Shown here in pieces: positions 55,926 through 64,000 of a stretch of DNA of 64,000 nt. Source of the DNA: Eledone cirrhosa (taxonomy: Eukaryota); the NCBI GenBank assembly GCA_964016885.1, contig OZ024740.1:132742001-132806000 (forward strand), given 5' to 3'. Made by a program: the position numbers and the translations under genes. A model generated the notes under the pieces. It was not told the DNA's origin and searched no databases. It saw only the letters and a program-made list of their open reading frames with translations. The stretch's first letter is position 1, and every line of letters starts with the position of its first letter.

Positions 55926-57047
55926 CATTAATTTGTAATTTTCCTCAATCTTTAAAGGCTCTCTAATATTTTAATTCTTTGAAGGGTCTCTCGGAAGAGG
56001 TTCTTATTAAAAATATTAAAGGGGCCTTTTCTGAGGGATTTTTTGAAGGCTTTTTGAATTAACCTTTAATTGATTAGTTTCTTTCAACTATTTATTTCTT
56101 AATTTTTAAAATTAAATTTAATGTTCAACCCCTTAAATTTCGTTAATTTTTAATCATGAATCGATAAGATTGCTTAATCTTAAATTCATTAAATTTGTTT
56201 AATTTCGGGGTTTAGAACTCTTAAAATTCAAATCCTAAATTAAATCTTAATATTTATAATATGTACTTCCTAAAGCATTAAATTTATTAACCTGTTAAAT
56301 CTTATTGAAAGCTCTTTTCCCTAATTTTTAATTTTTAATTTTTGAGTTTAGAACATTAGTAGGGATTATCAAAACTTCGTAAATTTACTGAAATGTTTTA
56401 ACGTGATCTCTTAGATAATTTTTTTTTTCTTTTGAGGAATTTTTTAGGAAACTTTATATTTTTTAGGAAACTTTATACTTTTATTTTTTTATTTTTTTAG
56501 TCTCTTCTGGTTTGTTAGGTTTATTGGGGATTATAAGCTTTATACACTTATTGTGGGATTTTTTAAGGTGCTTCTACGAGATCCCAAGTCTTTTACTTTT
56601 AATGCGTAAATTATAAATTCTCTAATTTTTAAATATTCAATCCCTGACCCTTAGGCCCTTGTCAAATTCTCTTAACTCCTTATAACCCATCCCTTTTACA
56701 ACTCCGACAACTAATCTAAAAGAGCCCCCTTAAAATATAGACCCCAAACATACAAGCGGAGCTTTTGATGTATACCACAATTTCAAACTGCTAAACTTGA
56801 GTGAAACGTTGATGTAAATAATGAACTTACAATCACCTGTTATATGCCTTCAAAAGTCCCATCATATGGTCGGACGAAACTGCTGTCGGCAATAAACTTG
56901 TTATAATGTCATAATAGTTCCTTTGTTCTTTTTCATTAATATTTCTGCTCTGCTTATACGCATAGAGCTTAACTAGCTACCGTCGCATATTTGGTACGTC
57001 AGGCGTGATCATCGCGATTCACATACGACCTACCATACATCTTGCTT
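55926..57047 (+). mobile_element. TA-flanked AT-rich insert ending in a dead hammerhead (probable PLE derivative)
   Basis: 56845-56891 reads tgcc-ttcaaaa-gtcc..ggac-gaaa-ctgctg-tc-ggca: the stem arrangement and GUC are kept but the CUGANGA box is mutated. Confidence 0.5.
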
Positions 57048-57056
57048 ATATGTATA

Positions 57057-57093
<37 letters not shown>

Positions 57094-57290
57094 GTACGTA
57101 TATATGTATATATCTATATGTATATATGTACGTATATATGTATATATATATATGTATATATGTACGTATATATGTATATATATATATGTATATATGTACG
57201 TATATATGTATATATATATATGTATATATGTACGTATATATGTATATATATATGTATATATATACGTATATATGTATATATATATATGTA

Positions 57291-57333
<43 letters not shown>

Positions 57334-57340
57334 ATATACG

Positions 57341-57401
<61 letters not shown>

Positions 57402-57739
57402 TAAACGGAACAAATGAAACGAAATTTCATTTCCCACTCTTAGTACGGCTGTTACTTAAATATAAGTATGTATACGTACATACATATATGTATACATACG
57501 TACAGTAGTATGTATATATATATACATACATGCACACATATATATATGTACGTATGGATTCACCGAACATTTATTATAATGCTCGGCTTGTGTGTAAACA
57601 AACATCCCATATTAAGCCGTAGTGTCTAGCAACCATCGGCCGATTAACCCACTCGATATGCAAAGTGGGCTACTCAGCCGTTAATATGCGTAAGTAAAGT
57701 ATATACTTTCAGACGTTCAATCATCTGGCAGGAAGGTAT

Positions 57740-57782
57740 ACGTTGCTGACGATAGCTAATAAGCTTGAAACAAGTACAGCGT
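57740..57782 (+). ncRNA. Minimal type I hammerhead, intact core
   Basis: acgttg-ctgacga-tagct aata agctt-gaaa-caag-ta-cagcgt. Confidence 0.75.
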
Positions 57783-58172
57783 TCGTTTGTCAGTGTTGAA
57801 CAAACATGCAACGATGATTGATAGACACTACGGCTTAATACTGGATGTTTGTTTACAAACACACCGCGCATTATAATAAATGTTCGGTGAATCCATACGT
57901 ACATATATATATATATATGTGTGCATGTATGTATATATATATACATACTACTGTATGTCTGTATACATATATGTATGTACGTATACATACTTATATTTAA
58001 GTAATAGCCCTACTAAGAGTGGGAAATGAAATTTGGTTTCATTTTTCCGTTTATCGTTTTCGGTGCACCCGGCCGATTAACCCACTCGATATGAAAATTG
58101 GGCTACTCAGCCGTTAATATGTATAAGGAAAGTATATTCTTTCAGACGTTCAATCATCTGGCAGGAAGGTAT

Positions 58173-58215
58173 ACGTTGCTGACGATAGCTAATAAGCTTG
58201 AAACGATTACAGCGT
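58173..58215 (+). ncRNA. Minimal type I hammerhead, core intact, stem III altered
   Basis: acgttg-ctgacga-tagct aata agctt-gaaa-cgat-ta-cagcgt. Confidence 0.65.
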
Positions 58216-58330
58216 TCCTTTGTCAGTGTTGAACAAAAGGGCAACGATGGTTGTTAAACTCTGTAGGGGTTAATTCGGGATATTTTGTTTACAAACAAAC
58301 TGAGCATTATAATAAATGTTCGTTAAATCC

Positions 58331-59786
58331 AGTTTTTAATGGTTTAATGCTAGACTCTCTTTTTTCTCGTTTTGTGGGAGGCTAAGCATGTGGATGTAGC
58401 TTTATGGAGGCAACTAGAGAATAATTCACTTTTGTTGTGAATTAGGGTCTCATAGTTATAAATAATCAACCGGGTCTCCATTGTACAGAGCGAGCAGTTA
58501 TTTGATATACTAGAATTGCGGTGAATTCCACAGTTACGAAGTTTTGTCCAAAGAATGGAGTATTTTAAATGTTTCTCTTTTAATGACCATATGAGCCGTG
58601 ATAAAGACGTGGATGATTTCTTCTTTGAGTTCGAGAATGAGCATTTATGGTTCGAAAATCTGGTTTTAAAAGTGGAAGAAGTGGATCATATCTAGTTGTA
58701 AGTATTGTGATCAGTTTTTACGGTGCATTTATAAACGAAATTACTATCTAAACATTTATTTTGCAAAGGGCAATCAGTTTTATTTCTACAATTACATTTT
58801 GGTTTAGTATCATTTATGTTAACTCTATTATTAAGATCAGTATGTTGGTTTTGTTTTAGGATTTTCTTGTTTAATTTGGCAATGATTTGGGCCATGTTAG
58901 AGGTTGTAGAATAGGAGAATTTAACGGTATGTCTGTTAAAAATGGAATGGTATTTATGTTGAGTAGGGAAAGAGGTGTCAAGAACGTTAAAGAATAATTT
59001 TGCAATTGGTGTTTTAACCATATGATTGATTTAGTTCTATTTCGTATCCTCAATTTATTTGGCATATGGGTGTTTGAGTTATAATTATTATTAGAGTTTC
59101 GTTTATATATGTTATTATTTTTTTTTAGTATAATATTTGGATTATTATTATCTACATATTCTATATTATTCGTATACCCTGCTCTTTTTAACGCATGGTT
59201 GTAGTATTCAGCTTTTTCATCGAATATATCTTTATTGGCTGATATTTTATTAATTCGCTTTTGCACACTATTAACTATAGCTTTTTTTTTTACAGATTCC
59301 GGGTGATTTGAATGGTTACGAACATAGTTTAAGTTTTCATTGGGCTTATGTTAAGGGTAATAGAAGCCAGTGTTTAAGTTAAAAGTAACGTCTAGAAATT
59401 AACTATTTTGGTACGATTTTCAACTTCTTATTTAAGGTCGTACATTTTAATGAATTCTATTATACCTTTCTTTACTCTATTTAGTTCAATAGTGTTGTGT
59501 TTGACCACCATAAATAAAACGTCATCCCTATATAAACCATCGGTAATCTCAGGCAGTGTTCTATTTATCATGTTTAATATGAAAATTCCCAGAAGATCTG
59601 TGATTTGCACGGAATCGGATGCACCCATTGTGATATCAAAGTTTATATCTCTATCTGATCGTGTCCAGTATTCGTTATTGAAGTTAATAAGAGTTATTCT
59701 GGCTGTTAGTATTATATTGATTTCATCTGTGGTTATATCAGTATGCTTATAATCATATGGCAGGGCCTTATTGAATCTTGTTTAAC

Positions 59787-59787
<1 letters not shown>
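58331..59787 (-). mobile_element. Second 5'-truncated Naiad-like PLE (RT + GIY-YIG, frameshifted)
   Basis: FDITMGASDSVQITDLLG, LYRDD, SNHP, FSYS, CNCRNKTDCPLQNKCLDSNFVYKC, CSLC. The 5' end is at (TA)n. Confidence 0.88.
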
Positions 59788-59865
<78 letters not shown>

Positions 59866-60158
59866 GTTCAAAAGTAACCAATCTTAAAGAGAGAGATGGA
59901 GATAGTAGATGAGATAGGATAGGAGAGATTGGTGAGTTAGTTAGAAGCCGAAGCGTAAAGGCATATGCTCAATATGCAATAGAAAGCAGCTAGGTGGCTG
60001 GGTTCATGCAGTAGTTAGGTGCGCAGAGCTGGAAATATTCATTAGTTAAGCAAAACAAGACCACAAACTTCACAAGGAAGACTTTATTAAAAGATTGTCA
60101 ACATATTTTAGTTTGATGTAAGGAATGTAGAGAATAATAATAATAATATTAATAATAC

Positions 60159-60339
60159 TTGTTTCTATTTTAGGCACAAGGCCAGCAATTACCAGTAAAT
60201 TAATGGTGCTTTATTTTATCGACCCCGTAAGGATGAAAGGCAAAGCTAACCTCGGCAGGATTTGAACTCAGATCGTAAAGGGACGTAACTATGCTGGAAA
60301 GCATGTCCGACCCTCTACCGATACTGCCAATTCACCGCC
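60159..60339 (-). mobile_element. Full-length SINE
   Basis: Reverse complement of the SINE, ending ccaattcaccgcc. Inserted at an (aat)n tract. Confidence 0.9.
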
Positions 60340-60516
60340 ATAATCAAGCAGTATTCATCTGTCGAGGCCGCATTGTGTGAGATCTGCTATCGACAGATGA
60401 ATACTGCTTGATTATGGCTGACAGCTGATGCAACCAAGACACCATAGTATAAACCAATATATGAACCATTATATTATGTAACATTATCCCATTATTTTAA
60501 TTTATATTCCTTTGAA

Positions 60517-60636
60517 GTTCCGATGAGCCACTCTGATTTTTAAATATGTTAATTATGTTCAACTGAACAAGATCAATTATGATATATAGTCATCTGATCC
60601 AGAAATATTATATGGAGTAGCGAAACAATTGTAAAC
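60517..60636 (+). ncRNA. Hammerhead motif with ~80-nt loop in stem II and a U4C core change
   Basis: gtt-ccgatga-gccactct..ggagtagc-gaaa-caattg-ta-aac. Confidence 0.6.
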
Positions 60637-60767
60637 GGACATTATTATTATTAATATTATTATTATTATTCTCTACATTCCTTACATCAAATTAAAATAT
60701 GTTGACAATCTTTTGATAATGTCTTCCTTGTGAAGTCTGTGGTCTTGTTTTGCTTAACTAATGAATA

Positions 60768-60834
<67 letters not shown>

Positions 60835-60956
60835 CGTTTCTGAATTTGTTTAGCAAGATTATTTATCTGAAAACGTGTTGATACCGATATTGTTATACTT
60901 TGGGAGGTTCGTGTTGCCAATAAGAAACACACGCACCAGTTGCTTTCACTTCAATG

Positions 60957-63530
60957 TATCTTAATATCGAGTTTATGTTTATCTAGGGCCCTTCTACATT
61001 TGTAAGCTAATTTACCTCTAGGGGTTGTATCGATGAACATTACACTCTGGTATTTATTGCTATCATACCATGGTTTATTATATTAACCTCATTCCTAGTT
61101 CTTTCTATTCTATTCCAAAATTTGCTCCTATACAAGGGGCAGGTCCCATTTGTGCCATTGGTTCTGGTTTCTCAATATACTCTGATTTTATCTCTCTGAT
61201 TTTAACCAGAGAACTGCATACGGTGGATGAAGTGTTGTAAGTGTCTCTCTAGTTCTTTGGGGTTGTACATGCGGGACACGTTTCTCATCACCTGTAACAA
61301 ATCCGCAATCAGTATGTTGATTTTGGTATGGTCCGAAACAGCTGAGTTTCGGTGGATCAGATATTTCGAAGTCATGGGTTTGGTATAATGGGAATGGAGG
61401 ATTTGTTTTTTGTTATTAATGGTATCTAACCAGAGCTATGGTCTAGTACATATAATCGATGGGTGGGGTGTTTGCTTGGGAAGTCTATAGTCACTCTAAT
61501 ACTCTGGTGGATGGAGTTAGCTATTTGCTGGATGCTTTCCATGGTGTTTTTCTCTAATTCCTGACTGTTCTCTAGTGGGGGTGTTTTTACTACGATGTTT
61601 AAATCATCACCGTAGCGGGAGTACATCATCAGGGTTAAGGGGTCTTCTAATTGTTCTTTAGGTTTAAGTTTAAGTCTATTGTCCCACCATACCATGAATA
61701 GGTTAGCTATGTCGCCTGCAATGCTAACACTAATAGCTGTTCCCTCCTCTGTGAAATATGTTTTTCCATTAAATTTGAACATATGTTCCTTAAGGGTTAA
61801 TTTGATGCTGGCCCCACCACATGTGCAATCATTTTCTTTAGTCCATCGTGGTTTTCGGGGGTCCGTATGGCTCTGGTCCACCCGTTCCATCTATCTGTGT
61901 GGGCTTTCTTGGTCATTGAGGTAATGGTAGGTGGTCTGCCTCTTTCTGGTCTTGTATGGCACAGGTTGCTCAAGCCATATGTATCTAGATAATTATTACT
62001 ATAGGTAAGTATAAGTAGCAGTCCCAGCTCACTGCTATCAATCCCATGGAATTCAACATGCTCTCACTAATCATTTCTACGCATTTCTCCAGAGCAAATA
62101 GCATCCAGCAAATAGCTAATTCCATCCACCAGAGTATTATAGTTACTATAGACTACCCAAGCAAACACTCCAACCATCGATTACCTGTACTAGACTGGAG
62201 GATTTGTTTTTTGTTATACTCTGGTTAGTATAACAAAAAACAAATCCTCCATTCCCATTATGCCAAACCCATGACTTCGAAATATCTGATCCACCGAAAC
62301 TCAGCTGTTTCGGACCATACCAAAATCAACATACTGATTGCGATTTGTTACGGGTGATGAGAAACGTGTCCTGCATGTGCAACCCCAAAGAACTAGAGAG
62401 ACACATACACCACTTCATCCACCGTATGCAGTTCTCTGGTTACAATCAGAGAGATAAAACCAAAGTATATAGAGGAGCCAGAACCAAATGTGAAAAAATG
62501 GTAAATAATGACACAAATGGGACCTGCCCCTTGTATAGGAGCAAATTTTGGAATAGAATAGAAAGAACTAGGAATAAGCTTAATAGAATGAACTCATGGT
62601 ATAATAGCAAAAAATACCATAGTGTAATGTTCATCGATAAAACCCCTAGAGGTGAATTAGCTTACAAATTTAGAAGGGCCATAGATAAACATAAACTCAA
62701 TATTAAGATAGTAGAAAGACCAGGTACCTCCATAAAAACACTTATTAGCAATACATACCCTTTTCAAAGACCTCCTTGTATAGATAAGAAATGTATAACC
62801 TGTAAATTAAGCCCCCATATTAACTGTAAAACTATAAATGTAGTGTATAGCATAAGATGTACTGAAGGACAATGTAGAGATAAGAATATAGTGTACATAG
62901 GTGAGACAGCTCGTAGTATAGGGGAACGGATAAATGAACACTGGCGAGACATTCAAGATAGTAAAAATCATCTGTACTCTACCAACATGCTAAAATAGAA
63001 CATAAGGGTAAATTAGAGAACACAGAAATAAAAATAGAATCTACACACAGAAAAGACGCAATGTTTAGACAAATCACAGAGGCAATAAACATAAATGAAC
63101 TCCAACCAAAATTAAATAGAAAACACGAATGGAACAGTAACATCACAAATTACAATTAAGAACAAAATGAAAACACACACGCACATAGAACAAACAACCA
63201 ACCAGTAACATGTAAATAAACAAATAAATAAACAAATATAAACACACACAGACACCCGCATGTAACACATGCGCAAACTAAGCACACAACACACACAAAC
63301 ACAAGATGGCGTAGGACGGAACAAAAGAGAGACACAAAAACAAAGAAAAGAATCCCCAGTCACTGAAGAGGTCACAGGATGTGTGACGAAAGAACTTTGA
63401 CAATATATAAACAATCATCTGGTTGTGGAATCAACCAACCGGAAATATATAAATCCCTAAATTTATAAATTTATTATAATAAATTGAAGTGAACGCAACT
63501 GGTACCTGTGTTTCTTATTGGCAACATGAC
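60957..63530 (+). mobile_element. Penelope-like element (not Naiad type) with inverted 5' half: RT fragment on - (60957-62098); thumb, GIY-YIG and 3' repeat on + (62099-63530)
   Basis: Minus strand: GTAISVSIAGDIANLFM, RYGDD. Plus strand: SGY, CIDKKCITC..CKTINVVYSIRC..YIGETARSIGERINEH. 60957-61536 and 62100-62710 are inverted copies. Confidence 0.88.
63359..63401 (+). ncRNA. Minimal hammerhead in the Penelope 3' terminal region
   Basis: gtca-ctgaaga(g)-gtcaca ggatg tgtgac-gaaa-gaac-tt-tgac. Confidence 0.75.
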
Positions 63531-63589
63531 CCTCCCAAAGTATAACAATATATATATATTATTATTATTATTACTTTTACGCTATTACT

Positions 63590-64000
63590 CAAATACATAT
63601 TCCAACCTACGGGCTGCAGCTATGCTGGGGCACTGCAATTGGTGCTATACTTTCTATAGCCATCCTTCCCGGGTTGGCAACTGGTGCAAAATCGAATTTG
63701 TTGCTGCCGATCTTATTTGCGCTTCGTCTTGTGCTGTGAGTTGATCGGGAATCTTTGTCAGTAAAATATCGAGATGTCTCTCGAAAACACCTGCCTGCAC
63801 ACGATGTGGATCTCAAAGATTGTTTTAAAGTTTATTAAAATCCTGGGGTTCATCAACTCCAGGCTATATCAGTGTGTGGTCCTTATTATTGATTGATATA
63901 TGAGGTATTTGGCATTAACCAGTGGTGTCGTCTTCGTGGGCTTGTACTACTTTCAATGGCGAAGTTTGTTGCTAACCTTTCCAGGATCATACATCTGTAT
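63590..64000 (-). mobile_element. Decayed 3' end of a CR1/L2/Jockey-type LINE
   Basis: Minus-strand remnants ILERLATNF..KIPDQL..RSAATNSILHQ resemble post-RT tails of such LINEs; a short (TAA)n follows. Confidence 0.5.

Larger units (their letters stand above)
57403..58330 (+). mobile_element. Hammerhead repeat array C: inverted partial copy (57403-57637) plus ~1.6 direct units
   Basis: Same unit as array A, 433-nt period. Abuts the 3' end of the Naiad-like element. Confidence 0.85.
60035..60766 (+). mobile_element. PLE-type terminal fragment with long-stem-II hammerhead and inverted duplicate of its 3' end
   Basis: 60035-60157 is the reverse complement (few mismatches) of ~60643-60766. Hammerhead-like motif at 60517-60636. 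Confidence 0.65.

Overview
AT-rich eukaryotic (animal, probably octopod mollusc) repetitive DNA with no supportable host gene; nearly all ORFs in the track are retroelement fragments or microsatellite artefacts. The window has two zones. (1) About 0.8-21.6 kb is a head-to-tail array of non-LTR retrotransposons, nearly all separated by (TTA)n tracts. It holds R4/Dong-clade REL-endonuclease elements (two families, all on -), two Tx1-like L1-clade elements (on +) and tRNA-derived SINEs. (2) About 23-63.5 kb is a (TA)n-rich zone colonised by Penelope-like elements (PLEs): two Naiad-like RT/GIY-YIG fragments, another Penelope with an inverted 5' half, and several non-coding inserts. The most notable signal is a ~430-460 nt non-coding repeat at three loci, in tandem or inverted arrays. 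Each unit carries a minimal type I hammerhead ribozyme (short palindromic stem III, U-U pair at the base of stem II), so it is a candidate circRNA-producing non-LTR retrozyme mobilised by the PLEs. At least five other unrelated hammerhead motifs and four near-perfect foldback hairpins also occur, all in TA-flanked or PLE inserts. All structures were read by eye; no searches were run.
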